A DNA stretch of 64,000 nt from Escherichia coli (GTDB lineage: Bacteria; Pseudomonadota; Gammaproteobacteria; Enterobacterales; Enterobacteriaceae), in NCBI RefSeq assembly GCF_044647545.1, contig NZ_CP172818.1; one strand, 5' to 3'. The notes under the pieces are model-generated. The model saw nothing but the letters and a program-made list of their open reading frames with translations, did not search any database and was not told the DNA's origin. The translations under genes and the position numbers were made by a program. Positions within the stretch are counted from its first letter, which is position 1. Each line of letters opens with the position of its first letter. Positions 38,148-50,900 of the stretch are shown piece by piece.

Positions 38148-39326
38148 TTAACGTGTAATAGAGTACACGGTTCCGTCTTTTGCCTGGATCAGCAGTTTGC
38201 CGTCAGCGGCAACCGGTTCAGTCTGGAAACCGGAACTATCAACTTTTTGCTGGGCAACGAAACGACCATCTTCGACGTTAATCCAGTGCAGATAACCTTC
38301 ACTGTCACCTACCACCAGGTTGCCATTATACAGCACCGGAGAAGTCAGCAGGCGATGCAGCAGATCGCTTTGTGTCCACAGCGTAACGCCGCCATCAATG
38401 GTCAACGCCATCACCCGGTCATTTTGATCGACCAGATAGATGCGATTGCCGTCGACGATGAAATCATTCACCGAACCCAGTTCGCGTTTCCACATAATCT
38501 GACCACTGCGCAGATCAAGCGCCGTCAGGTTACCATTATAGGCCAGCGCGAAAACAACGCCGTTAACAACGACGGGTGTCGTGTCAACATCGCTCAGACG
38601 GTCAATTTCGGTAGAACCGGTCGCCTGGGAAATACGCTGCTGCCAAATCATCTGGCCCTGTTCCATCAGCACTGCGCTGACGCGACCATTATCGCCACCC
38701 ACGACGGCCGCACCAAAAGCCGTTGCCGGCGCAGACTCGCCACGCAAAGAGAGCGAAGGCATATCGAGGTTAACTGTCCATTTGACAGCGCCGTCAGCTT
38801 CGTTCAGCGCTTGTAACTGACCGTTACTGGTGTGGATTAACACCAGACCGTCGCTGACCACCGGACGCGAAAGTGCTTCACCCGCGACTTTAGTTTGCCA
38901 TGCCACAGTACCATCGCTGGTATTCAGCGCGTAAACCTGCGCCTTTTCGCTGCCAATGTAGACATGCCCACCAGACACGGTCACACCGCCAGAAAGTAAT
39001 GCAGGCTCTTTAGAGAACCAGCCATCTTTCTCGGCCAGGCTGACAGACCAGATTTCTTTGCCATCATCCGCATTCAGCGCTTTTACTAAACCAGCGCGGT
39101 CCGCTGCATAGACAACGTTGTCCGCCAGTGCCGGATGAAGATTGGAATAGAAGTTGCCAATGCCGCTACCAACGGAAGTGCTCCACGCAGTAGTCGGCGT
39201 AAACTGGTTTTCAACGGTTGGCAATGGGGACATCTTTACCACATCTTCTTCGCTGTTAAACAGCGAACAGCCGCTTAAAAGGGTAACGGAAAGCAGTCCT
39301 GGCAGCAGTAATTTACGCAATTGCAT
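38148..39326 (-). CDS. bamB: Outer-membrane protein assembly factor BamB (lipoprotein, beta-propeller)
   Basis: 392 aa; lipobox LLSGCS; repeated PQQ-like blades. Confidence 0.94.
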   Translation of the reverse strand: MQLRKLLLPGLLSVTLLSGCSLFNSEEDVVKMSPLPTVENQFTPTTAWSTSVGSGIGNFYSNLHPALADNVVYAADRAGLVKALNADDGKEIWSVSLAEKDGWFSKEPALLSGGVTVSGGHVYIGSEKAQVYALNTSDGTVAWQTKVAGEALSRPVVSDGLVLIHTSNGQLQALNEADGAVKWTVNLDMPSLSLRGESAPATAFGAAVVGGDNGRVSAVLMEQGQMIWQQRISQATGSTEIDRLSDVDTTPVVVNGVVFALAYNGNLTALDLRSGQIMWKRELGSVNDFIVDGNRIYLVDQNDRVMALTIDGGVTLWTQSDLLHRLLTSPVLYNGNLVVGDSEGYLHWINVEDGRFVAQQKVDSSGFQTEPVAADGKLLIQAKDGTVYSITR

Positions 39327-39336
39327 CGGGTCCCTC

Positions 39337-39957
39337 TCAGATGGACAAATTATTAATTTTCATCTGCATCATTTCGCTCAGTGCCGGGGTAACATCGCTT
39401 TTCACGCCTGCTTCCCATGCACTACGCGCACCTTGCTTATCACCTTTGCTCAGCAATGCTTCGCCACGCAGGTCGGCAACAATGGCAGCCCACCCTTCAC
39501 CTTTGATGGTATCGAGGGTCTTCAGCGCGGCATCAGCCTGCTTGAGCTGTACCTGAACGCGGGCAAGACGCAGATTTATCACGGCTTTGAGATTTTCATC
39601 GCTCGTGTCCGCCAATCCCTGTTGTAACTGGGTGGCAGCTTTCTCTAGTTCATTTTTGTCAACAAATTGCTGCGCAAGTTCCAAAGAAGCCAGCGCACCA
39701 TAGGTATTTTTATTTTCAGCAGCAAATTTTTCCGCCGCCGGGATGCTATCCGGTTTGCCTTCGCTCACTGCGGTAACCGCATTTTGATAGGCAAGAGAAG
39801 CGGAGCGTGCAGAATCAACCTGATGGCTATTCCAGTAGCGCCAGCCAATCAGTGCGCCAACGCCCAAAATCACCCCAACAGCCAGTGCTTTGCCATTTTC
39901 AGCAAAAAAGCGTTTAACCGCTTCAACCTGGTCGTTTTCGTTCTCGTAAATTTCCAC
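39337..39957 (-). CDS. yfgM: Inner-membrane anchored TPR-like protein YfgM (ancillary SecYEG/PpiD partner)
   Basis: 206 aa; single N-terminal TM helix then helical repeats. Confidence 0.88.
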   Translation of the reverse strand: MEIYENENDQVEAVKRFFAENGKALAVGVILGVGALIGWRYWNSHQVDSARSASLAYQNAVTAVSEGKPDSIPAAEKFAAENKNTYGALASLELAQQFVDKNELEKAATQLQQGLADTSDENLKAVINLRLARVQVQLKQADAALKTLDTIKGEGWAAIVADLRGEALLSKGDKQGARSAWEAGVKSDVTPALSEMMQMKINNLSI

Positions 39958-39974
39958 GCTGTCCTTCTCCTTCC

Positions 39975-41249
39975 TTAACCCAGTAACGTGCGCAAATGCG
40001 CGGCTACGCTATCCTGCGCAACTGCCGTTTGCTCACCAGAGCGCAAATCCTTCACTACTGCTGTGCCGTTAGCCACTTCAGACTCACCCAGCACCACAGC
40101 AACGCGGGCACCCCATTTATCAGCACGGGCAAACTGTTTCTTAAAGTTGCCGCCGCCGTGGTTGGTCATCAATTTCACGCCCGGTAATTCATCACGCAGA
40201 CGCTCAGCTAATGCCATAGCCGCAGATTGTGTATCAGCACCTGAAGCCACCAGGTATATATCGACAACAGGATCGGCTTTAAATTCCGGATTAACGGCCT
40301 GTACTAACAATACAAGACGTTCGAGGCCCATCGCAAAACCGACAGCCGGTGTTGCACGACCGCCCAGTTGTTCCACCAGACCGTCATAACGACCGCCTGC
40401 ACACACGGTGCCCTGGGAGCCGAGACTGTTAGTCACCCACTCGAAAACGGTACGGTTATAGTAATCCAGACCACGCACCAGACGCTGGTTGACGGTGTAA
40501 GCGATCCCCGCGCTCTCAAGCAGTTTGCACAGACCGGCAAAATGCTCACGAGATTCCTCGTCCAGATAATCGCCTAATGCCGGAGCGTCGTTGAGAAGCG
40601 CCTGCACTTCCGGATTTTTTGAATCCAGCACGCGCAGCGGGTTAGTGTACATGCGGCGTTTGCAGTCTTCGTCCAGCTTTTCTTTATGCTGCTCAAGGAA
40701 TGCCACCAGCGCATCGCGGTAATTGGCGCGTGCTTCCAGCGAACCGATAGAGTTCAGCTCAAGAGTTACGTGCTCGGAAATACCCAGCGCGCGCCACCAG
40801 CGGGCAGTGAGCATAATCAGTTCGGCGTCGATATCCGGACCTTGCAGACCGAAAACTTCGCAGCCCAACTGATGGAACTGACGATAACGCCCTTTCTGCG
40901 GACGCTCGTGACGGAACATAGGCCCGATATACCACAGACGCTGTTCCTGATTGTACAGAAGACCATGCTCGATGCCGGCGCGTACACAGCCCGCCGTCCC
41001 TTCAGGGCGCAGAGTCAGGCTGTCGCCATTGCGATCCTCAAAGGTGTACATCTCTTTTTCAACCACGTCGGTGACTTCACCAATCGCACGTTTGAATAGC
41101 GGGGTCTGCTCTACAATCGGCAAGCGGATTTCACTGTAACCGTAGCTGCCGAGCACGTTTTTCAGTGTGCCTTCAATGCGCTGCCAGATGGCCGTTTCGC
41201 CAGGCAGGTAATCGTTCATGCCGCGAATGGCTTGAATGTTTTTTGCCAC
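39975..41249 (-). CDS. hisS: Histidine--tRNA ligase
   Basis: 424 aa; class II aaRS motifs. Confidence 0.95.
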
Positions 41250-41359
41250 GTTTATTCTCTTTCTGAATATAAAAATGAACCCTCAACGCTTCCCTCAATG
41301 TTTCGGGAGCCATGCGGGTTCAATCATACACGGGAAGCGAGGCGCTTCCCATCACGTTA

Positions 41360-42478
41360 TTATTTTTCAACCTGCTGAACGTCAATTCGACGCGCTTCGT
41401 CCAGCTGACTGGCTTTCGCACGAATGCGCGCTTCCAGCTGGTCGATCATATCGTTGTTGTCCAGACGGTCTTTGCGCACGCCATCTTCATAGAGGCCGCT
41501 TTTCTTGTTGCCGCCGGTGACGCCGAGTGTAGAAACCAGCGCCTCACCTGGGCCATTCACCACGCAGCCGATAATCGAAACGTCCATCGGAGTGATGATA
41601 TCTTCCAGGCGTTGCTCCAGCGCGTTAACCGTACCGATAACATCAAACTCCTGACGCGAACAGGTTGGACAGGCGATGAAGTTGATCCCGCGCGAACGGA
41701 TACGCAGCGATTTCAAAATATCGAAACCGACTTTGATCTCTTCGACCGGATCGGCCGCCAGCGATACGCGCAGCGTGTCGCCGATGCCTTCAGACAGCAG
41801 CAGACCTAAACCAATGGCGGATTTAACCGCCCCGCTGCGCGCACCACCCGCTTCGGTGATCCCCAGATGCAGCGGCTGATCGATCTGTTTTGCCAGCAAA
41901 CGATAAGACTCAACAGCGAGGAAGACGTCAGACGCTTTCACGCTGACTTTGAACTGATCGAAGTTCAGGCGATCGAGATGATCAACATGACGCATGGCGG
42001 ATTCCAGCAACGCCTGCGGCGTCGGTTCGCCATACTTTTCTTGCAGATCTTTTTCCAGCGATCCGGCGTTAACGCCAATACGGATCGGAATGTTTTTATC
42101 GCGCGCACAGTCAACCACCATGCGAATACGCTCTTCATTACCGATATTGCCAGGGTTAATACGCAGACAATCGACGCCGTATTCCGCTACTTTCAGCGCA
42201 ATGCGATAGTCGAAATGGATGTCAGCCACCAGCGGCACGTTAACCTGCTGTTTGATGAGTTTGAACGCTTCTGCCGCGTCCATCGTCGGTACGGAGACAC
42301 GGACGATATCAGCGCCAACACGTTCCAGCGCCTTGATTTGATTGACCGTTGCTTCGACGTCTGTCGTACGCGTATTGGTCATGGACTGTACGGCGATGGG
42401 AGCACCATCGCCAATCGGCACATTCCCAACGTAAATACGTGTTGATTTTCTACGTTGAATTGGAGCCTGGTTATGCAT
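41360..42478 (-). CDS. ispG: 4-hydroxy-3-methylbut-2-enyl diphosphate synthase (flavodoxin)
   Basis: 372 aa; C-terminal Fe-S Cys ligands (ACPTCSRQ). Confidence 0.94.
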
Positions 42479-42504
42479 GAAAAATCTCCCGCGTTACCCG
42501 TCTG

Positions 42505-43515
42505 TTACTGCGCCGGTGATTGTTCGGCATTGAGGGTCAGACGCGCAACCTGGTTAGTTCTGATAAAACGACTCAGATCGACAGGTTTCCCTTGATACTG
42601 GATCTGTACTGCGGCTGGCGCACCAATTTTCAGTTTGTACGGTGCCTGGCCGGTTAAGTTCAAATTACCGTCTTTACGCTGCATACCGCTAAACAGTTTT
42701 TTACCGGTAGCATCGGTGACTTCCAGCCAGCAATCGGCAGTAAAGTTCATCACCAGCGCATTCGGGTCAACCGCCGGCGTAGTCACGCCAGCCTGATCGG
42801 TTGGCAACGGCGCAGCGCCATCTGGTGTTGTTGTTGCCGCTGGTGCCGGAGTCGCAGCGGTATCAACATTTGCCTGCGAAGGTGGAACAACCGCATTCTG
42901 TTGTGAATCGACGGTTGGCGATGGAGCCGTCGTCGCGGCAGGTGTTTGCGTGTTAGTTGCGGTGGTATCCACCGGTGATGTCGGCGTGGTCGCCATAGCC
43001 TGATCTGTGGTTGTCGACGTATCTAACGGTACACTCTGGCTTTGATTATTATTCAGTTCCGCAGAAGATTGATCGGCCATAGTGGTGATCTCTTCCTGCT
43101 GAGCTTTGTGGTCTTGCCACCACCAGGCACCGCTCAGGCCAATAACCACAAACAACACCAGCCAGGTGAAGGTCATCAGCCAGCCGTCACGTTTTTTGCG
43201 GCGTTTACCGAGGGAAAAACTCTGCATCGGCGCAACTTTTGCAGCCCGTAGTGGAGCCTGCTTTTCCAGCCCTGGCAGCAGTTCTTCTTCTGGAATATGT
43301 ACCAGACGCGCATAAGAGCGGATATATCCGCGCAGGAATGTTGAAGCAAGATCGGCGGGTGCCTTATCTTCTTCAATGTCGCGTACCGTGGAAACCTTCA
43401 GGCAAAGTCGCTCGGCAACGGCCTGTTGACTAAGTCCTAGTTGTTCGCGAGCATTACGCAGGCGAGCGCCGGTAGTAAGTGCTTCATTTTGGTCGTGCGT
43501 GGCTTCAGTATTCAT
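42505..43515 (-). CDS. rodZ: Cytoskeleton protein RodZ (HTH - TM - Pro/Thr/Ala-rich linker - periplasmic domain)
   Basis: 336 aa; Xre-type HTH N-terminus, TM helix, low-complexity T/P/A linker. Confidence 0.92.
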   Translation of the reverse strand: MNTEATHDQNEALTTGARLRNAREQLGLSQQAVAERLCLKVSTVRDIEEDKAPADLASTFLRGYIRSYARLVHIPEEELLPGLEKQAPLRAAKVAPMQSFSLGKRRKKRDGWLMTFTWLVLFVVIGLSGAWWWQDHKAQQEEITTMADQSSAELNNNQSQSVPLDTSTTTDQAMATTPTSPVDTTATNTQTPAATTAPSPTVDSQQNAVVPPSQANVDTAATPAPAATTTPDGAAPLPTDQAGVTTPAVDPNALVMNFTADCWLEVTDATGKKLFSGMQRKDGNLNLTGQAPYKLKIGAPAAVQIQYQGKPVDLSRFIRTNQVARLTLNAEQSPAQ

Positions 43516-43799
43516 TCGCTGCAGGTACGTTTAAATGAGAATTGAGATGCCGGTGAACCATCATGCTCACCCACACCGCGAAACATCCGTTAAGTTAACC
43601 GTTATCATACAGTATAAGACCGTCTGTGTGCTCGTGACAAAGCCCACATTCACTAAGGCTAACTTACTGTTGCATCGTTACATACTGCCTTAAAGTCAGC
43701 AAAAACGCACCGTTAATATTGACCAGACAATTGCAACTTAATACTTCATTCATAAAAGATTACGCCACGGTACATAAAGTAACCGTGGCGTAATGGCTA

Positions 43800-44954
43800 T
43801 CAGACCGCTTTAATATCGATGGCTTCACCCTGCATCCGTTTACGCAGGGTACGTTTCGTACGGTCGATAACATCGCCCGCCAACTGACCACAGGCAGCAT
43901 CGATATCATCACCACGAGTTTTACGCACAATAGTGGTGAAACCGTAGCTCATCAGCACTTTAGAGAAACGGTCGATACGACTGTTTGAGCTGCGTCCATA
44001 CGGCGCGCCAGGGAACGGGTTCCACGGGATCAGGTTGATCTTACACGGCGTATCTTTCAGTAGCTCCGCCAGTTGGTGCGCGTGTTCAGTGCCGTCGTTA
44101 ACGTGGTCAAGCATCACGTATTCAATAGTGACTCGGCCCTGATTGGCGTTGGATTTCTCCAGATAACGGCGTACCGCAGCAAGGAACGTTTCGATATTGT
44201 ACTTTTTGTTGATCGGCACAATTTCGTCACGAATTTCGTCGTTCGGCGCGTGCAGGGAAATTGCCAGTGCAACGTCGATCATATCGCCCAGTTTATCCAG
44301 CGCCGGAACTACACCGGAAGTGGAAAGCGTCACGCGACGTTTTGACAGGCCAAAACCGAAATCATCAAGCATGATTTCCATCGCCGGAACGACGTTGTTC
44401 AGGTTGAGCAGCGGCTCGCCCATACCCATCATCACGACGTTAGTGATTGGGCGCTGACCGGTGACTTTTGCTGCGCCGACAATTTTCGCCGCACGCCACA
44501 CCTGACCGATAATTTCCGATACCCGCAGGTTGCGGTTAAAGCCCTGCTGGGCGGTGGAACAGAATTTACACTCCAGCGCACACCCCACCTGCGAAGAGAC
44601 GCAGAGCGTGGCACGGTCGTCTTCCGGGATATACACCGTTTCGACGCGCTGATCGCCAACGGCAATTGCCCATTTAATGGTGCCGTCAGATGAACGCTGT
44701 TCTTCAACCACTTCCGGTGCACGGATTTCCGCCACCTCTTTCAGTTTGCCGCGCAACACTTTGTTGATGTCGGTCATCTCATCAAAGTTGTCGCAGCAAT
44801 AGTGATACATCCACTTCATCACCTGATCGGCGCGGAAGGGTTTTTCACCTAAATCTTTAAAAAACTCCCGCATCTGCTGACGGTTGAGATCCAGCAGGTT
44901 GATTTTTCCATCTTTAGTGGTGACGTTTTCAGGTGTGACTAATTGTTCAGACAT
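43800..44954 (-). CDS. rlmN: Dual-specificity rRNA/tRNA m2A methyltransferase (radical SAM)
   Basis: 384 aa; radical-SAM CALECKFC motif. Confidence 0.94.
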
Positions 44955-45103
44955 ATGCTATTCCGGCCTCGTTATTACACGTTATGGCCCCTGGAGGGTT
45001 GAAAAAAGAAACGCCCCGGTGAGCGGCTGCTCGTCCGGGGGCGCTGCATTGTACAAATTCTGGCGCACGGATGCCACGTTTGCACGTAGCATTTACGAAA
45101 TTA

Positions 45104-45535
45104 TTAACGGGTGCGCGGGCACACTTCGCCTTCGCCGAAGAAATAAGCGATTTCGCGAGCGGCAGATTCGACGGAATCAGAACCGTGGGTACCATTTTCG
45201 GTCAGGCTGTCAGCGTAATCAGCACGCAGAGTACCGGCCAGTGCGTTTGCCGGATTGGTCGCGCCCAGCAGATCGCGGTGACGCTGAACAGCATTTTCAC
45301 CTTCCAGCACGGAAACAACGATCGGGCCAGAAGTCATGAATTCAACCAGACCATCAAAGAACGGTTTTCCATCGTGTTCAGCATAAAAGCCACGAGCCTG
45401 TTCAACGGTCAGGTGCAGCATTTTGGTGCCGACAATTTTGAACCCTGCAGCTTCAAAGCGCGCAAAGATACTACCAATCACGTTTTTTGCTACCGCGTTC
45501 GGTTTGATGATGGAAAAAGTACGTTCAATAGCCAT
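45104..45535 (-). CDS. ndk: Nucleoside diphosphate kinase
   Basis: 143 aa; active-site NGTHGSDS. Confidence 0.95.
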
Positions 45536-45683
45536 TTTTACCTCTGTAAATTGTTCTGTTGTTGTCTGTACCAGCGTACGAGATGGCGCGGATTATAATG
45601 AGCAACAGAGCCGTTGACTATTGATGAAGGTAACATTTTTTTAAAATAAACCCAGTTTAAGCAACAATCAGGGGCAAAACAGA

Positions 45684-47996
45684 CTATTGCATGACAAATT
45701 TCACTGTCGCTATTTGCCCCACCTCATCCATCACCAGCAATTGATAATCGCCTTTATCCGTCAAATGCAGGGTCACGTTGCGCCCACGTTCAGTTAACGG
45801 TTCGCCGTTCAGAAACCACCAGCGTTCACCTGCCCCTCCACTTGATTGTAACGGCAAAGTCGCTTCCGCTGCGCCCGGTAAACGTTTAATAATCGCGCCA
45901 TCGCGCACACCTGTTAGCTGCAGCGGGAGTTGTGCATCGTGACCGTATGGCGGGCAAATTGTCGAGGCCGGTGGCAAGCGCACAGCGCGACGTTCTGATG
46001 CGGGCAGCCAGGGTTCCAGCGGTAGCGGCCAGACATTTATCATTTCTTGTCGCGCCTGAGGGCAATCAGCGGCAACACGTTTGCCGTTTTCATCCAGCCA
46101 GATGGGGAAACGAATGCCATTAATGCCTTCCTGCTCCGGCAGTAATAGAGTTGGCGGCTGACTCCCGTCCAGCAGCCAGGTTGCCAGGCGGCGGCGACAG
46201 TTACTGTCACCTTCCGGCAAAGACTGTCCGCCCGGCCAGCAGATAACGCCACGACTTACAGAGTCAGGACGTGGGTCTTCCGGCAGATTCGCACTGCGCG
46301 ACAGTAAGATATTATTGACCTGATTCAACAATGGTACGGCGCTGGCAAAGCCAAACTGACCAACAACGGGCGTGCCGTCCGGTCTGCCAGTCCAGATCCC
46401 AATGACATAGCGAGCGTTAACCCCAATCGCCCAGGCATCACGATAGCCATAGCTGGTGCCCGTTTTCCATGCCAGTGGGGCGACGCGCGGCAAGGCACCA
46501 TCCGGCAAGGGTTGCGCTTCATCAGCCATAATCCGGCGAATGATCCACGCAGCCCCCGACGACATTAAAGGCCGTTCAAGCAGCGGATCATCAGGCTGTA
46601 AGCGCAATTTACCTGCCTTGCCGTGGCGAGCAAACGCGGTATACGCTGCCGCCATATTTTCCAGTTTTGCACCAGCGCCGCCGAGAATGAGCGAAAGATT
46701 CGGCGCAGCACCGTTGGGCAAATATAACGGCAATCCAGCATTGCGTAACTTTGCCGCAAACCGTTTCGGTCCATAGGCTTCCAGCACCTGCACAGCAGGT
46801 AAGTTCAGCGATCGCACCAGCGCCTCACTCATGCTGATCGGCCCATGAAAACCGCTGTCAAAGTTGCCAGGTCGGTAATCACCGGTGCGTCGGGGGACGT
46901 CTTGCAACAGCGATGCCGGGTGGATCAAGCCTTCATCCAGCGCCAGACCATAAACAAACGGTTTGAGCACCGATCCTGGCGATCGGATCGCATTGACCAT
47001 ATCAACATGACCAAAGCGTGAATCATCGTTGAGATCAACCGATCCCACCCAGCCGCGAACACGCATATCGGTATGATCAACCACGATCATCGCCAGTGAG
47101 CTGCGCGGTGGCAATCGTCCTTTCCAGTTTTGCGCCAGTTCTTCCAGACGTCGTTGAAGACCGGCATCCAGCGTAGTAACGATTTTGTCGCTTTTGCTTT
47201 TACCGAGCATCATGCGCGAAAACAGCGGTGCCAGTTGCGGCATTTGTCGGGGTGCCAGCCAGATGGGTTCTTCCCTTGACTCTTTTACCTGCTCACGGGA
47301 CCACACACCTTGCACGGCCATCCTTTCGAGCACTTTATTACGCGCGGCTTCGGCACGTTCCGGCCAGCGATCCGGGCGCAGTCGGCTGGGCGCTTGCGGC
47401 AACACCGCCAGCATTGCCGCCTCGGAATAGCTTAAATTCGCAGGCGATTTTCCGAGATAAGCCCAACTTGCCGCACCGATCCCCTGCAACGTACCGCCAA
47501 ACGGAGCGCGGTTAAGATACAAGGTCAGAATTTCACGCTTAGACAGATGCCACTCCAGTTGCAACGCGCGCCAGAGCTGGCGAATTTTGCCGCCAAATGT
47601 TTTGGGGTGAGGATCAAGCAGACGAGCAACCTGCATAGTGAGCGTGCTGCCACCGGAAATAACCCTTCCCGAAGTGAGATCTTGCCATGCTGCGCGCGCC
47701 ACCGAGAATGGATTCACCCCCGGATGCTTCCAGAACCAGCGATCTTCATAATTGATCAGCGCTTCAAGGTAACGTGGAGAAACATCTTCGATTGTTACCG
47801 GATAACGCCAGATGCCTTCCGCATCGGCAAAGCGCCAGAGCGGCGTCCCATCCTGCGCCACAACCACTCGTGCGGGATTGACTTCATGCAGCGGTAGAGG
47901 CCAGAGTTTATCTGCTCCCCACGCTGCAAGAAAAAGGAGAAATGGCGCAGCTGCCAGCGTTATCCAGCAGCCGCGTTTGGTTAACAAGCGAGGCAT
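45684..47996 (-). CDS. pbpC: Penicillin-binding protein 1C (glycosyltransferase/transpeptidase-like)
   Basis: 770 aa; N-terminal TM; GT51 and transpeptidase regions; directly downstream of yfhM. Confidence 0.92.
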   Translation of the reverse strand: MPRLLTKRGCWITLAAAPFLLFLAAWGADKLWPLPLHEVNPARVVVAQDGTPLWRFADAEGIWRYPVTIEDVSPRYLEALINYEDRWFWKHPGVNPFSVARAAWQDLTSGRVISGGSTLTMQVARLLDPHPKTFGGKIRQLWRALQLEWHLSKREILTLYLNRAPFGGTLQGIGAASWAYLGKSPANLSYSEAAMLAVLPQAPSRLRPDRWPERAEAARNKVLERMAVQGVWSREQVKESREEPIWLAPRQMPQLAPLFSRMMLGKSKSDKIVTTLDAGLQRRLEELAQNWKGRLPPRSSLAMIVVDHTDMRVRGWVGSVDLNDDSRFGHVDMVNAIRSPGSVLKPFVYGLALDEGLIHPASLLQDVPRRTGDYRPGNFDSGFHGPISMSEALVRSLNLPAVQVLEAYGPKRFAAKLRNAGLPLYLPNGAAPNLSLILGGAGAKLENMAAAYTAFARHGKAGKLRLQPDDPLLERPLMSSGAAWIIRRIMADEAQPLPDGALPRVAPLAWKTGTSYGYRDAWAIGVNARYVIGIWTGRPDGTPVVGQFGFASAVPLLNQVNNILLSRSANLPEDPRPDSVSRGVICWPGGQSLPEGDSNCRRRLATWLLDGSQPPTLLLPEQEGINGIRFPIWLDENGKRVAADCPQARQEMINVWPLPLEPWLPASERRAVRLPPASTICPPYGHDAQLPLQLTGVRDGAIIKRLPGAAEATLPLQSSGGAGERWWFLNGEPLTERGRNVTLHLTDKGDYQLLVMDEVGQIATVKFVMQ

Positions 47997-50900
47997 TTAC
48001 GGTCTGACAATCAGCAAATCTTCAGCCGCGCCGGTCGCCCGCCATTGGGGAACATACATTGATTCCACCATCGGTTGCGGTACCTGATACGTTCCCGGCG
48101 TCACCGCCCGCGCCAGATACACCAGCGTTACCGGTTGGTATTCATCAACGGCAACCGCCGCCACAAAGCGATCGTCACGGAACTCAATGTGCTTAATGCT
48201 CGCCTGCTGCATCTGGTTCAGTAAGTTTTGCACTTCGCCACCACTTTGCTCCAGGCTGGCGCTACCGTTCGCCAGATTCTGGTTTTCCAGTTCCAGACCC
48301 GCAGGCAGCAGATCCACGACTAACGCATCCGGCACGCTGTTACTGGCTTTTACCTGCAACCAGACCAGCACCAGATCGCCGCTACGTAACGAGTCCAGCG
48401 ATTTGCTCTTACCATCAGTACCAAGAATATGACGCTCGATTTGCAGCACATTGTTCGCCGGTAAAGGTGCGGATTGCGGATAACCGCTGGCATCCACACG
48501 CAGCCATAACGGCTGATCGCCACTGTTGGTCACCTGCAAGGTGGCAAGTTGATCACTATTCAGATTGCTGTTTAGCGTTTTCTCGCCTGTCAGCGGCTCA
48601 GCTGAGAAAGAGGTTTGCGCCTGCCATTTACCCGGTAAATCCTGAACCGTACGGGCAGCCAGGAACAACGCGTTACTTTCCTGCGTCGATAGCCAGCGTT
48701 CACCAAACGCCTGCTGCGAAAGCGTATTCAGCAAAGTGTTCTGCTCATCGGGTAGCAGTTTATTTTCTTCCAGCAAGGAGAGCATTAACGCGTTGTCGCG
48801 CAGTGGGCTACCGTAATCACCCAGCCATTTCCGCTCATCATTACGCGGCGTTTTCAGCGCCAGCGCAATTGCTTCTTCACCACGCGTCGCATCACCCATG
48901 GTTTTCAGCGCAACGCCAAGTTGCAGCAGCGGTAAACCAGAAGCGGCATCTGCACGATGCTCCCAGATTTCACGCAGCGCACCCAGTGGAGCTTTTTGCT
49001 GACGGGCCAGCACCAGCGCAGCGTAAGACTGTACGGCGAATTTACTGGCTTTGAGATTATCCGCATACGGAATCGACATCATGCCCGGATCTTGTAAATA
49101 GCGCAGTAGACGCTCATTCCCCCGGTTAATGGCGTCTGTCGGCACGCTGTAACCCTGCTCACCTGCGCGGACCAGGAAATCCATCACGTAAGCCGTCAGC
49201 CAGTACTCTTCATCACCGTTTTTATCCCACAGCGCAAAGCCACCGTTATCACGTTGCATTTGCAGTAAACGAGAAATGCCGATATCGACTGCCGCACGGC
49301 GCTTCTCATCACTGTCGCCTTTGATGCCCAACGCCTGCAGTTGGGCTGCGTTGGTGTAAAGTGACGGGAACAGGCCGCTGGCGGTTTGCTCCAGACAACC
49401 GTACGGATACGCTTTTAACTCTTTGATATAACGTGCAATATTCAACGGTGGTTTGCCGCTCAACAACAATTGCCCTTCCAGCGTAACAGGCGAGAAGTTT
49501 TGCAATCCATCAGCTGGAATCGCCCATGTCTCACCAGGCTGCAACGCCGTACCGTAATTGACCGTTTGTGCCGGGAATGCCGGACGGACGCCGATTTTCC
49601 ACTGTTTATGCTGATCGGCAACGGTTTCCCCCGGTAACGCTAACCCGCTAATGGTGGCCTGAATGTCACCATCGCCAAACCCCGTCAGAGCACGCACCGG
49701 GATAAACAGCGTAGTACGCACCCCTGGCGCTAATTCAACGGCTGCGGGTGAATCGCTGACCAGTTCAAGCAAACCACTGGCGGTCAGGGCAACGTTCAGT
49801 TTTTGCGGTTTATCGGTAAGATTAGTGATATCCAGCGTCAGACGCGAGGTATCGCCACTCGCCATAAAGCGCGGCATGTTCAGTTCAGCAATCACCGGTG
49901 CGGCAACTATCACTTTGCTTTCGTTGCTACCGAAGTCATCTGCCGTCCAGGCTTGCGCCATGACGCGCAATTCACCGTTAAAATCGCCAATCGGCAGTGC
50001 AACCGAGCCTTCGCCCTGTTCGTTGAGCGTTACCGGCAGCGCCTGCTGCGCGACAATATTGACGTGATTGACCGGCGGTTTACCACCACGTTTCAGCTCA
50101 TCACCATCGCCACCGAAACGCAGAGCTGCCAGACGCCCCTGACCTTCAATAACCTGACCGTAAATATCGTAAATGTCTGCGCCATAGCGTTTCTGACCAA
50201 AGAACGCCTGCCACGGATCTGGCGTAACGTAGCCAGTAATATTCAGCACACCACTATCAACGGCAGACACCAGCACATTCACCTGTTTAGGCTTCTCGCC
50301 ATTTTTAGTGCTGGCTTTAATTTTCACGGTTAATGGTTGATTGGGACGCATTTTTGCTGGTGTTTCCAGCGCCAGATCGAGGCGACGGTTTTCATCACCA
50401 AGCGGCAGATGCAACACACCAACCGCGCGTTTTGGCGTCGCGGAGCGAGATTTATCGCCAGGACGCACCACCAGCGTACTCAAATAAAGATCATGACGAT
50501 TCCAGGTTTTATTGACCGGAATCGTCAGATCCAGCCCTTGAGCCGGAACATCAATCTCTTGCCACCACAGCGGCCCTTCACTGGACTCGACCATCGCATA
50601 ACCTTTACCCGCCGTTGGCGCAGCAATATGCAACTTAATGGTATCGCCAGGGCGATAACTGGCTTTATCCAGTTTCAGCGTGACACGGTCGGGTCGCACG
50701 GCACCGCTCCCGTCGCTGTTGTCCTGCCAGCTATAGCCAGCCCAGAAACGCACACTACTGACCGCTTCATTCGGCGCTTTGACTTCCAGACGATAAGCGC
50801 CCCACTCTACCGGGAAACTGACCTTGCCGGTTTCGTCCGCTTTCAGATCCAGAGTTTGTTCATTTTCGATCAGATCTTTTTGATCAAACTGTGACTGCCA

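Noticed and set aside
42700-43100. RodZ linker repeats as a possible tandem-repeat or CRISPR-like array
   Set aside because: The repeats are short, imperfect, in-frame and encode the low-complexity linker of RodZ; not an array.
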